From: Candidatus Omnitrophota bacterium
Lineage (GTDB): Bacteria; Omnitrophota; Gorgyraeia; S143-82
Direction of reading: 5' to 3'
DNA length: 64,000 nt
Assembly: GCA_015494465.1 (NCBI GenBank)
Contig: WGBD01000001.1
Location: 244,477-308,476 of the forward strand
Shown: positions 45,872 to 54,787 of the stretch, in pieces
How the letters are laid out: each line of letters starts with the position of its first letter
Position numbering within the stretch: the stretch's first letter is position 1
Notes under the pieces: generated by a model
Told to the model about the DNA's origin: nothing
Seen by the model: the letters and a program-made list of their open reading frames with translations, nothing else
The model's database searches: none
Translations under genes and position numbers: made by a program

Positions 45872-47898
45872 CCCTCTCCCTTCAACTGTTTTCTCCGCTC
45901 GTTTACCCGCTTATAAAACAGCAATAGCTCCTTTTCACTGGGGGAGATCCCAACATATATGTCACTATCATCCGGGGAGCTCTTTTCCCTCTTCCATTCG
46001 ATCCCGATGAGGGCAAAGTCCTCCCAAGAGGATCCAGCAAAACCCCGAATGTCGCTGGCTATCCTTTCCAGGATAGCGGGCAAAGGTAGCTTCACACAGG
46101 AAAGCACGAGCTTGCCCAACCTATCTACATCGTAAGTGCGCCCTTCACCGTTTCTAAGATTAAATATGCTGGGAGGGTAAAAGATCAAAAGATCCCCCGC
46201 GTGCATGTCCACCTCTTTGGGTTCGTAGAATATCTCTCTAGACAATCCTAGCGGTATCAACTCTTCCACCTCGTAACACCTTATCTGTTTGCGGAACCTA
46301 TCTATCAGTATGAAGGAACTCCCCCCAGCCCCGGAAAAGACGATCCTATTCTTGGTCCCATCCAAAAGCACATACAAGAACCTACAGCTCACATTTATCA
46401 CTGATGCCCTCACGAGGGCCTTATTGATGCTGTAAACCACCTCCCCAGGCTGGTGGGTGATTATGGAATGAGAACGCAACAGCCCCCTTAGATAGGAAAT
46501 CTTCATCAAGGCGGAGGTGCCTTTGTCCATTACATCACCTACCGCAAGGGCAAGCTTATCCTGGTTGATGTCTATGAAGTCGTACATACTCCCGCTGACT
46601 TCCCGCCCGGTGACCTCTTTTATCCGGATATCCAGCCAATCCCTGTGGGCTGGCAGATAAGTGGTCTTTTCCTTTATCTGCTTCACCACCAACTTCTCGA
46701 GCTCCCGCGAACGGCGCTCCAGGATCTTGTTTCGCAATCCCACCCCCACCCCAACAGCGCTCATAACCAGCAGCGAAGCCAAGGATTCTCCGTAGAATAG
46801 GAAAAGACCCTTAGATAAGAGCAGGACTCCCAGCACACTACCCGCGAGTATCGCGATCAACCCTGCACAAATCCCATACCGGGGACTGCTCAGGCCTAAG
46901 AGAGATAAAACCACCGCTAAGGAAAATACCAACAGCATCTGTAACCAACCCGGGATAGCATAGGTCACCATTCCCTGTTTCAAGCCCAAAAAACTTACCG
47001 CAAGGATGTGGTGTAGAGGGAGGATTCGCCCCCCAGCAGGGAGCTGGGGTCCGTAATCCGGGAGATTATATCCCACGAAGCATATCTTACCCGCCACCTC
47101 TCGCCAAGGAGGCACATTGACCCCTTTGTGCAAGAACCTACGGTAAATCCTCTTAGGGAGCACCTTGTTCATCGGTAGGGGCTTGGGGAGTCTTACCTTA
47201 AAAAGGGCAGAGGAAACGGATATCCCGTGGCGATCGTCGAGCCCGAGGGAGAGGTCTTGCCAATACAACCTATTCCAGCGCTGGGAGTACCTAAACTTAT
47301 TCTCGTCAAAGCCCATCTGATAGGCCCAGACCTTCAAGACCAGATGAGATACGATCCGCCCCCGGTAAGAAAAGAAGGGGTAAAATCCTTCAACCTCTCC
47401 ACTTGGCCCCAAGTAAAAGTCACTTGCCCCCAACATTACATAGGGAAGGATCCTCCTCCAAGGGAGCCAGACTATAGTCTCGGCGCTTGCTATTGCTCCA
47501 AACCGCGTAGCGATCTCTCCGAATCTCACCGGGGCTAGCACATTGACCTTGTGCCCCCTCAGCACCCTGACCAGGGCATCGTCACCCGAGGTGCCCGAAG
47601 CGGAACTTATAGGGAACCCCAAGACCACGAGCTTGGCCCTGGAGAGCCTGGCAAGCAGTAAGGCCAGGGCCTTTCTGTTGAGAGGAGGGGTCTGGTTGTA
47701 GTCTCTAAAGCTTTCTTGGTCAATGTCTATTACCACCAGGTCCGGAGACCCTTCCTCGGAAGCCTTCCCCTCAAAAAGGTGCGATTTATAAATTAATTCT
47801 TTAATCTTATGATCCAATATTAAAAATTTGGGAGGAACGAAGAAAAAATAAATCACAAGCCAAGCCAAGGCGATGACCCCTAGGGTATACCTACTCAC
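45868..47898 (-). CDS. CHASE2 sensor + 3 TM + degenerate SpoIIE/PP2C phosphatase domain
   Basis: LVVIDIDQES (CHASE2); EVSGSMYDF, AVGDVMDKG, PLGL, GDLLIFYPPS, WEDFALI. Confidence 0.8.
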   Translation of the reverse strand: MSRYTLGVIALAWLVIYFFFVPPKFLILDHKIKELIYKSHLFEGKASEEGSPDLVVIDIDQESFRDYNQTPPLNRKALALLLARLSRAKLVVLGFPISSASGTSGDDALVRVLRGHKVNVLAPVRFGEIATRFGAIASAETIVWLPWRRILPYVMLGASDFYLGPSGEVEGFYPFFSYRGRIVSHLVLKVWAYQMGFDENKFRYSQRWNRLYWQDLSLGLDDRHGISVSSALFKVRLPKPLPMNKVLPKRIYRRFLHKGVNVPPWREVAGKICFVGYNLPDYGPQLPAGGRILPLHHILAVSFLGLKQGMVTYAIPGWLQMLLVFSLAVVLSLLGLSSPRYGICAGLIAILAGSVLGVLLLSKGLFLFYGESLASLLVMSAVGVGVGLRNKILERRSRELEKLVVKQIKEKTTYLPAHRDWLDIRIKEVTGREVSGSMYDFIDINQDKLALAVGDVMDKGTSALMKISYLRGLLRSHSIITHQPGEVVYSINKALVRASVINVSCRFLYVLLDGTKNRIVFSGAGGSSFILIDRFRKQIRCYEVEELIPLGLSREIFYEPKEVDMHAGDLLIFYPPSIFNLRNGEGRTYDVDRLGKLVLSCVKLPLPAILERIASDIRGFAGSSWEDFALIGIEWKREKSSPDDSDIYVGISPSEKELLLFYKRVNERRKQLKGEG

Positions 47899-47930
47899 TC
47901 CAAACCTCCAACTTTAGGCTTATCAGTACA

Positions 47931-48983
47931 TTATAACTCAGCAGGTAAGACCAGCCTAATGCTTTCTTTCCCACCCGGCAAGTGCTTTAATTTCAAGGAG
48001 ATCCCCAACTTGTGCAATATCCACCGGATAAGATTACCTTCCAGGTCCACATCCTTTTTCCATACAATGGTCAACGCATTCCTGGGATCCACATCCTCTA
48101 ACCCCAAGCCCTCCAGATCGCACCTAGCCTCACAGTAGAAGGCAACCTCTACCCCTGAGTAGTTCCCAAACATGCGGATCTCCAGCCGACCGTCCTCTGG
48201 GATGACGGAGAACAGCCGATCCAAGATCAACAACAACAACTGCTCCAACTTGAAGGCGTCGGTTATGACGCGTAAGTCCCCGCTGGAGTGCACCGTCACT
48301 CTCTCCCCCAGCCTGTCAGCGATCACCAACAGGAGGGCATGGTTGAGCACATCTGGGACGAAGACCTCCTGAAGTACGATCCTGTCGCATACCGCATCTA
48401 TCCGAGAGTAGTCCAAGAACCTGTCGTAAATACCGCGCAACTTGTCCACCTCTCTCAAGGCATCTTGGACGAGTCGCTTTAACTCCCCTTCTTGAGGGGC
48501 GAAGAACTCCATCATGTCTTGGATGTTTCTGCTGAGGTTGTGTATGGGCAGGTAAAAGGCCTTCCCTAAACTTGCAAGGTAGGCTGATTTTATCGCATTA
48601 ATCCAGGAAAGGGAGGAAAGCTCTTCTTGGACGATAGCATCCCTGAAGATAAACAGATAGCCCAACCTGTCGCCATTCTCTGCGGTTATTACCTCCGCGC
48701 TGACGACCAACGGCAGGAGAACCCCCTTGCTGGTGATGAAGTTCACCCTTCTAGGATAAACGCTCACCCCTACAGACTCTATCTCCTTTAACACCTCGTT
48801 TAAAACGCTATTTACCTTCCAAGGAAACAGATCCCGCACATTTTTCCCTTGCCAATCCGAGAGATCCAACATGATCTCCAAATTGTGGTTAACATCCAAA
48901 ACCGTCAGGCCGTTATCGCAGATCAGCAGACCTTCCGCTATTGCGTCTCTTGTCACTCGCCATAGCGTCTCTTTGTCTATCAT
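47931..48983 (-). CDS. PAS + degenerate histidine-kinase-like protein
   Basis: PAS (IAEGLLICD...VN...E, G.L.IFRD); HisKA-like helix KSAYLASLGKAFYLPI without His; HATPase remnant TD..KLEQLL. Confidence 0.7.
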   Translation of the reverse strand: MIDKETLWRVTRDAIAEGLLICDNGLTVLDVNHNLEIMLDLSDWQGKNVRDLFPWKVNSVLNEVLKEIESVGVSVYPRRVNFITSKGVLLPLVVSAEVITAENGDRLGYLFIFRDAIVQEELSSLSWINAIKSAYLASLGKAFYLPIHNLSRNIQDMMEFFAPQEGELKRLVQDALREVDKLRGIYDRFLDYSRIDAVCDRIVLQEVFVPDVLNHALLLVIADRLGERVTVHSSGDLRVITDAFKLEQLLLLILDRLFSVIPEDGRLEIRMFGNYSGVEVAFYCEARCDLEGLGLEDVDPRNALTIVWKKDVDLEGNLIRWILHKLGISLKLKHLPGGKESIRLVLPAEL

Positions 48984-49846
48984 GCTCCCCCTCTCCTCAA
49001 TATCTCCCAAAAGACCTCTGCTTTATTCATCTCCTCTTCAATCTCCCTTCGGAAATCCGAATCTTCCTCCAAGGCATCGGGAAAGAGCTCTCGGACCCTT
49101 ACCATCTCATTGTCGTCTACAAAGTTACCCGCACCGTTTTCTCCTATAGAGAACATGCGCGTTAATACATCCGCCAACCATATTACTTTGACTTCTTTGT
49201 CGTTTTCCCCCACCTCCCAGTCGTGGTGATAAGCCACGACATTCACCAAGCGTTCTGGCATCTTCCAAAATGTGAATAGTTCATAACCTATTGAAGTGTG
49301 AGGGAAGAGCCCTCGCTCCAATTCAATCTGCCAAAAAGGCCTTTCTTCCGCACGAGCATCTCTTAGTAACTCCAGGAAGCTATCCCTTTCTAGCTGATAA
49401 AAAAGTATCTTTCCCACATCGTGAAGGAGCCCGTAGATGAAGAACTCCTCCTCCTCTCGAAATCCCATCTTCCTGGCCACCACCTTGGCCGTAGATCCCA
49501 CGCCTATGCAATGAAGCCAAAACTCCTTGAGATCGAATTCTGAACTGGACTCAACGTTACCCATCAAACTGGACACTGCAAGACCCAAGATGAGGTTCTT
49601 CACCGTACTGAATCCCAACATAACGATGGCGTGGGTTACAGAAGTTATGTTTCCTCGGTACCCGTAGTAGGCAGAGTTGACCACCTTTAGCAACTTTGAG
49701 CTCATCGCCACATCCTTAGAGATCACCTCGGTGATGTCCTTCGCCGACACCTGAGGATCACGCATTGCCTTGAGCACATATTCCACAGACTCGGGTAAGG
49801 GCGGGATCTGAGAAACATCTCTGAGTCTACTTCGGATATCTGCCAT
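48980..49846 (-). CDS. HDOD domain protein
   Basis: PPLP, I.KD......LLKVVNSAYYG, AIVMLG, FW.HC, GLLHDVGK, W..P....V..HH. Confidence 0.92.
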   Translation of the reverse strand: MADIRSRLRDVSQIPPLPESVEYVLKAMRDPQVSAKDITEVISKDVAMSSKLLKVVNSAYYGYRGNITSVTHAIVMLGFSTVKNLILGLAVSSLMGNVESSSEFDLKEFWLHCIGVGSTAKVVARKMGFREEEEFFIYGLLHDVGKILFYQLERDSFLELLRDARAEERPFWQIELERGLFPHTSIGYELFTFWKMPERLVNVVAYHHDWEVGENDKEVKVIWLADVLTRMFSIGENGAGNFVDDNEMVRVRELFPDALEEDSDFRREIEEEMNKAEVFWEILRRGGA

Positions 49847-49847
49847 C

Positions 49848-51242
49848 TTAGTCCTCCACGATAACCTTTATGCTCTCCAACATGTACTTAGCCACCGTAT
49901 TATCCGGATCCTCTTGCAATAACCTTTCCAACAGCTGTTTGGCAAGGGCAAAATCCTCCCTGTCTATCGCCTTCATGGCCTCTTGGAATAGATCTCCCTC
50001 TCCTTGACCTTGCGCAGGGGTTGTCTTGCTCATTTCAGGCGAGGCAATGGCCTTATCTGCCTCTTTTTTGTCGCCCGCTTGTTTCTCAACAGGCCTGGTA
50101 GTGCTTATCCTGGCAACCGCCTTTCGCTGTAGGTTGGCTATCTTGTCTTTCAAGTTTCGTATGATAATGTCCCTTTCCTCGAGGCGCTTCCTCAGGTCCT
50201 CCAACATCCTTTCTCGCTCTTGGGCCTTACCCTCTGCGATCTCTAATTTAGTCCTCATGTTGTCCTTCTCCAAGCTGGCCGCCTTGATCTTGGCCTCCAT
50301 TGTGCGCATCTTGGCCTCCCTATCCTTAAGCAGGGCCTGGCAATCTTGATAGGCCTTATCTTTGTTGCTTAGTTCTACCGTCATGTCTTGTTTCAACTTG
50401 CGATAATCCTTGGAAATGGCGTCGTACTTGTTCAAGAGCTCCTTGATCCTCCTTCCCCTCTCTTCCAGTTCCTTGCTTAATACTGAGAGCCTTTCCGCCA
50501 ATCTTCTCCGCTCTAATTCTGCCGCTTTGAACTTATCTTGCAAGGAGGCGATTGTATTTTGATATTTATCCTCTAACTTCTTTTCTAGTAGGCTATAACT
50601 GTTGAGGATGCGCTTGATCTTCGCATCCTTCTCTGCTATCTGCCGTTCCTTCTCCTTGAGCTCTTTCTCCAATTCCATCAGGCTGTCTCTCAATTGCTTC
50701 TTTATCTCTTCCAATCGAGCTCTATACTCTTCTTGTTTGGAGGCCAACAGCTCCCTGTACATCTGATCCTTCTTTTCCAAATCAAACTGGGCCTTTTCCT
50801 CTATAGTCTTGACCTTGTCCTCGTACACCCTTTCCAATTCCTGAAGCCTTTCCTCGTAATACTGTCTCCAGCTCTCTTTCTCCTCTACCAGGCGCTTTTT
50901 CATCTCTACCAACTCTTTCTGGGCCTCCTTTAACTGCGCCACTAGGGTATCCTGGCTACAGGATTGGGCCTGTTCAAGCTGGTGTTCCAACTCCATCATC
51001 AGGCTGTCCAACCTAACCTTGATCCTCTGGTCGTCAGGGAACATAAACGCAGCTGAAGAAAGCAAACGAAAGGCGGTCAAAAGGTCTCCTTTTTCCCTCT
51101 CCTCCTCAGCCTCACGATAGAGCTTGTTGGCCCGATCGACCAACTCTTCCCAGACATCGTTGCCTTTCTCGGCAAGGCCTAACGAGTAAGATGGACCTAA
51201 CAACAAGATTACAACCAGAACACACCTACTCCACCTTTTCAT
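49848..51242 (-). CDS. Secreted long coiled-coil protein with terminal TPR-like helices
   Basis: Signal peptide, about 300 aa E/K/R heptad-rich region, C-terminal A..LLERLL..DPDN..A. Confidence 0.75.
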   Translation of the reverse strand: MKRWSRCVLVVILLLGPSYSLGLAEKGNDVWEELVDRANKLYREAEEEREKGDLLTAFRLLSSAAFMFPDDQRIKVRLDSLMMELEHQLEQAQSCSQDTLVAQLKEAQKELVEMKKRLVEEKESWRQYYEERLQELERVYEDKVKTIEEKAQFDLEKKDQMYRELLASKQEEYRARLEEIKKQLRDSLMELEKELKEKERQIAEKDAKIKRILNSYSLLEKKLEDKYQNTIASLQDKFKAAELERRRLAERLSVLSKELEERGRRIKELLNKYDAISKDYRKLKQDMTVELSNKDKAYQDCQALLKDREAKMRTMEAKIKAASLEKDNMRTKLEIAEGKAQERERMLEDLRKRLEERDIIIRNLKDKIANLQRKAVARISTTRPVEKQAGDKKEADKAIASPEMSKTTPAQGQGEGDLFQEAMKAIDREDFALAKQLLERLLQEDPDNTVAKYMLESIKVIVED

Positions 51243-52479
51243 GCTCCTCCCCTTCAAGCCTCGTCAAGAGATCTGGCGACACCAACTGCTTTATTTTATT
51301 CACTAACTCGCCTTCCATATGCCAAACCGGACCTTCCACATCTTTCTCCGGATCCGCTATCAGGACCTCCTTTACCGGATCGCACCTCCCTCCATCTGGG
51401 GTCCTCACCTTGACGCACCGGTATCCTCCCTGCTTGGTGGGTGAGGCGACTATCACCTGGGAACCATCCTTCAACCTTAGCCACTCCCCGACATAATACA
51501 TCGCTACATACCTTTCCAACAATTCCAAGCTCTTTGGGTCGAAGAGCTTACCAGAAAACGAGCGCATAGCATCCAAGACCTTATAGGGCCCGTACATCCC
51601 CCGCAAAGATTCGAAGTTCTCCGCAACCGAGACTATCTTGCTATACAGGTGCATCTGACGGGGATAACCGTAGAAGTCCTTCTCGGGTATGTCGTCCGGA
51701 TACCCGCTGTTATTGACATAGCGATGATGCTCCAGGGCAACTATGCCTACCTGAGGCCCGAATATGTCGGTTTCGTTAATGAGCATACATCCTATCCTCG
51801 AGTGCTTAAAAAAAAGCTCGCGCAAACTAGGATCTGAACCCATCCACAGCTCGTCTACCCATCCCGCATCGCTCATAAGTGCACCGGTGACGATGTGCCC
51901 AATCCTCTCTGCATTCAGCTCTCCATAGTGAAGGGCAATAATACCGGAGATAATAGCCACATTTATAGCGTGGCTCACTCTATAATTGGCATCGGTATAA
52001 ACGAACGGCATAGGGCTGACTTGGTGATAGGAATAGTTTGCCCTCACCAAATAAACTAGATCTTGTATCACCTTCCTATAACGGTGCAATGTATTGAACG
52101 GTATGTTAGAGTACCTCTGCCAGTATTCCCTGAACCTATAGTCCAGCTTTTTATTCTCTCCCTGCTCCGAGAGGTAGATGCTCAATACCACACTGCACCT
52201 GGCCAAGAAATCCTCCAACACCGCTCTGAGGGCAATCCGGGAATCCTCGTCTAATAAGAGATCGAATTCCAGATCGCACCCAGGCTCCTTTAAAAATACG
52301 AAATCCAATCCAAGGGTATTGAGCCTATCCACATGCCCCAGACCTATCTTCACCCCCTTCCCTGCGAACCGAATGCGCATGCCCCGGGCGCTGAGATAGA
52401 CTACATCCCGAGCAAGTTCTGCCTGTCCACCGTACTCCTGAAGAACCGCCTCAAGATTGCTTATAGGAACTACTCTCAT
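51226..52479 (-). CDS. HD-GYP family protein, degenerate (HD replaced by SD)
   Basis: SHAINVA, GALMSDAG, EHHRYVNNSGYP, KIVSVAENFES, G..FDP. Confidence 0.8.
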   Translation of the reverse strand: MRVVPISNLEAVLQEYGGQAELARDVVYLSARGMRIRFAGKGVKIGLGHVDRLNTLGLDFVFLKEPGCDLEFDLLLDEDSRIALRAVLEDFLARCSVVLSIYLSEQGENKKLDYRFREYWQRYSNIPFNTLHRYRKVIQDLVYLVRANYSYHQVSPMPFVYTDANYRVSHAINVAIISGIIALHYGELNAERIGHIVTGALMSDAGWVDELWMGSDPSLRELFFKHSRIGCMLINETDIFGPQVGIVALEHHRYVNNSGYPDDIPEKDFYGYPRQMHLYSKIVSVAENFESLRGMYGPYKVLDAMRSFSGKLFDPKSLELLERYVAMYYVGEWLRLKDGSQVIVASPTKQGGYRCVKVRTPDGGRCDPVKEVLIADPEKDVEGPVWHMEGELVNKIKQLVSPDLLTRLEGEEHEKVE

Positions 52480-52786
52480 TCTTTGCCCTGTAAAGGTTTA
52501 TAAAAAGCTCCACCTTCCCGATGTGAATACCCGATTTAAGGGATATCTCCTTTGGTGAAAGCCCTTGTCTATACATCTCAACCACCTGTTTCGCCTCAGA
52601 GGTGCTCAGAAAATCTTCCTCCTCTTGTCTATCCGAAACCCCACCCGTTCTTGACAACAACGATTCCAAGCGAGTGATTGCCTCCTCAGCCCTCTTTAAC
52701 AAGGCCTCTAACCTCTTTTCCTCTTGCCTTAGAGAGGTCAACATTAAATCAAATACCTCGTAAATCTCCTTCAGTCGCCCTTCCAT
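52451..52786 (-). CDS. Coiled-coil + C-terminal HTH protein (DUF2802/DUF6115-like, flagellar-associated)
   Basis: V.EMY..GLS.KEI....I..GKVEL..L. Confidence 0.65.
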   Translation of the reverse strand: MEGRLKEIYEVFDLMLTSLRQEEKRLEALLKRAEEAITRLESLLSRTGGVSDRQEEEDFLSTSEAKQVVEMYRQGLSPKEISLKSGIHIGKVELFINLYRAKNESSSYKQS

Positions 52787-53085
52787 TACGCCTCTTTATC
52801 CAATAACTCCCCTTCTCCTTGAGAATGGAGTTTCCGATCTTTCCCGTAAAACTTCCACTTTTTAGTGCCCCTTCTTTCCTCTCGCTTCCTGGATCTATCG
52901 TCCACTCGCAATTCGCCTCCCTGTTCCGTCTCCACTACTCGCCTCATTCGTTCTCTTCTCTGCTCCCTTATCTCCTTAGCTATGTGCTCCTGAATAACGA
53001 AGTTGTGCTCCACTTTGTTAGCCTGAACCTTCTCTACCCTCTGAACATTGAAGATCATGCCCTGAAAATCTATCGGCCTTATCAC
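52786..53085 (-). CDS. Small charged hypothetical protein of the kind found downstream of fliA
   Basis: MIRPIDFQ N-terminus and G.LLD C-terminus; coupled to fliA. Confidence 0.7.
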   Translation of the reverse strand: MIRPIDFQGMIFNVQRVEKVQANKVEHNFVIQEHIAKEIREQRRERMRRVVETEQGGELRVDDRSRKREERRGTKKWKFYGKDRKLHSQGEGELLDKEA

Positions 53086-53828
53086 GACACCCCTTCCTTC
53101 TTGAGGCGCTGTCTTATAAGGAATAATGCGGAAGATATCATCTGAGAGACCCGTGACTCGCTCAAGTCAAGGACCTCTCCAACCTCCTTCATCCTCAATC
53201 CCTCGATAAAATAAAGTTCCAGGGCCTTTTGGGTCTTACGATCAAACGAGCTTAACATCTCTGTTATCCTTTCCACTATCAGCCTGCGATCCACCTCCTC
53301 AGCGATATCCTGATAGGAAGCCAGCGTGTCGGATATAGTGATGTCGTCTTTCACCGCATCACTTAGATATACGTAAGCAGACAGATGGCTCAACCTCATA
53401 AGCTCGCGCACCTCGTCAGCGGAGATACCCAAAGCGTAGGCCACCTTTTCTTCTGCCTCGGCAGTACCCGGAAGCAGATCTAATTCCTGGAACTTCTCGT
53501 ACAACTGCTTTATCTTCCGTCGCTGGGCCTTCGGTAGGACATCCTCCCTACGCAGGAAATCCAAGACCTCTCCCCTCACCCTCATGTAGGCAAAGGTCTC
53601 AAAGCGGGTACCACTGCTGGGATCGTATCTATCCACCGCCGAGATCAACCCTACTATACCGTGGGCCATCAAATCTTCCACATCGACATGCTTAGGGAGC
53701 CAGGGAACTATTCGATAAACGATCTTCTCCACCAAGGGCATGTAATAACAGATGATCTCTTCCCTGGCGGAACGATCACCGTTTGCCTTGAATCTATGCC
53801 AAAGAGCATCTAAGTCAGTTCGCTCCAT
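53082..53828 (-). CDS. fliA: RNA polymerase sigma28 factor FliA/WhiG
   Basis: DL...G..GLI.AVDRYDP, FETFA..RVRG...D.LR..D, LRMKEVGEVL.LSESRVSQ. Confidence 0.95.
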   Translation of the reverse strand: MERTDLDALWHRFKANGDRSAREEIICYYMPLVEKIVYRIVPWLPKHVDVEDLMAHGIVGLISAVDRYDPSSGTRFETFAYMRVRGEVLDFLRREDVLPKAQRRKIKQLYEKFQELDLLPGTAEAEEKVAYALGISADEVRELMRLSHLSAYVYLSDAVKDDITISDTLASYQDIAEEVDRRLIVERITEMLSSFDRKTQKALELYFIEGLRMKEVGEVLDLSESRVSQMISSALFLIRQRLKKEGVS

Positions 53829-54018
53829 TCGAACTCAGTTTCTTTATTGCCTCTGCGTAAAACGAAAGGAAGGCGGTATCCAATATACCCCCCAAGATCC
53901 AAGAGAACAAGACCACAAACCAGGTCTTGTACACCAGTCCATAGAAGCTCAACTCCCCCTTTACCGCCAAGATCGCGACGATCAATAGGCCTATGGAAGC
54001 CAGCAGAGCCTTAAACAT
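53815..54018 (-). CDS. Small two-TM hypothetical protein
   Basis: 67-aa hydrophobic ORF filling the gap between the PilZ gene and fliA. Confidence 0.6.
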   Translation of the reverse strand: MFKALLASIGLLIVAILAVKGELSFYGLVYKTWFVVLFSWILGGILDTAFLSFYAEAIKKLSSNGAN

Positions 54019-54022
54019 GGTC

Positions 54023-54787
54023 TCAGATCATCAACCCGTCCACATGCTTCGGTAGCAACATGGACACATACTGATCTATGTGAACCCGATCCTCCTCCAA
54101 CACATCTACGAACAACAAACCCGTAATGTACTTGCGAGAGTATTCTTCCCAGCGGGAGTTCACCACCTCAGTGACCGCCCTTATAGGGATGCCCATGTCC
54201 GGAAGCACAAAGTCCACTCGGATCCTCGTATGCAGAGGCACCTCGTCTGGGAACAAAACCGCCATCCCCACACTACTCAGATCCCAGCCATCCACCCTTC
54301 CTCTTAATGGAAAGTTCAAGCGCTTCGTCAAGGTATGCTCAACTATCTGATACCGGACTTTGAAAAATATCCTCGCCCTAGGCTTAGTCCTGCGTTGACG
54401 CCTGTATATCACAGTGGGCTTCCTGAGCACCAGGGCTGGAACGGCTCCCTGTTCCTCTATCGCCGATACCACCTCGGTCTGAAATTCATACCTCCCCGAG
54501 GGCAACCCAACGATCGCCAGCATAACCTTGGTCCCCTTAGGCAAGAAGACCGGTACGCTCCTTTCCACCGGCGCACTCAGGACCAACTCGTCCTCCTTTA
54601 CATCCTCTATCCTGCCCTTGTAAACCGTCCTGGGGCGTCCAATCACATACATCTCGTAGCGCTGAGCCGGCTTGAAGACGAATTGCTCCCGCTTGTGAGA
54701 AAGCCTTTTCTCCTCTCTCTCCGATACATTCTCCAACGCGGAAGCTATCTTTTTCAGCAGTTCTGCCAGTTTCTTTAACAGTCTCAT
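54023..54787 (-). CDS. Flagellar brake protein (YcgR/DgrA-like PilZN + PilZ)
   Basis: QRRTKPR (RxxxR) and DLSSVG (DxSxxG) c-di-GMP motifs; follows flhG. Confidence 0.88.
   Translation of the reverse strand: MRLLKKLAELLKKIASALENVSEREEKRLSHKREQFVFKPAQRYEMYVIGRPRTVYKGRIEDVKEDELVLSAPVERSVPVFLPKGTKVMLAIVGLPSGRYEFQTEVVSAIEEQGAVPALVLRKPTVIYRRQRRTKPRARIFFKVRYQIVEHTLTKRLNFPLRGRVDGWDLSSVGMAVLFPDEVPLHTRIRVDFVLPDMGIPIRAVTEVVNSRWEEYSRKYITGLLFVDVLEEDRVHIDQYVSMLLPKHVDGLMI

Noticed and set aside
49900-51100. Apparent repetitiveness in the coiled-coil gene
   Set aside because: Reflects E/K/L codon bias; I saw no discrete DNA repeat unit or CRISPR-like spacing.
51808-51815. A8 run in the HD-GYP gene as a slippage site
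   Set aside because: The reading frame is intact through the run and no alternative-frame product is evident.
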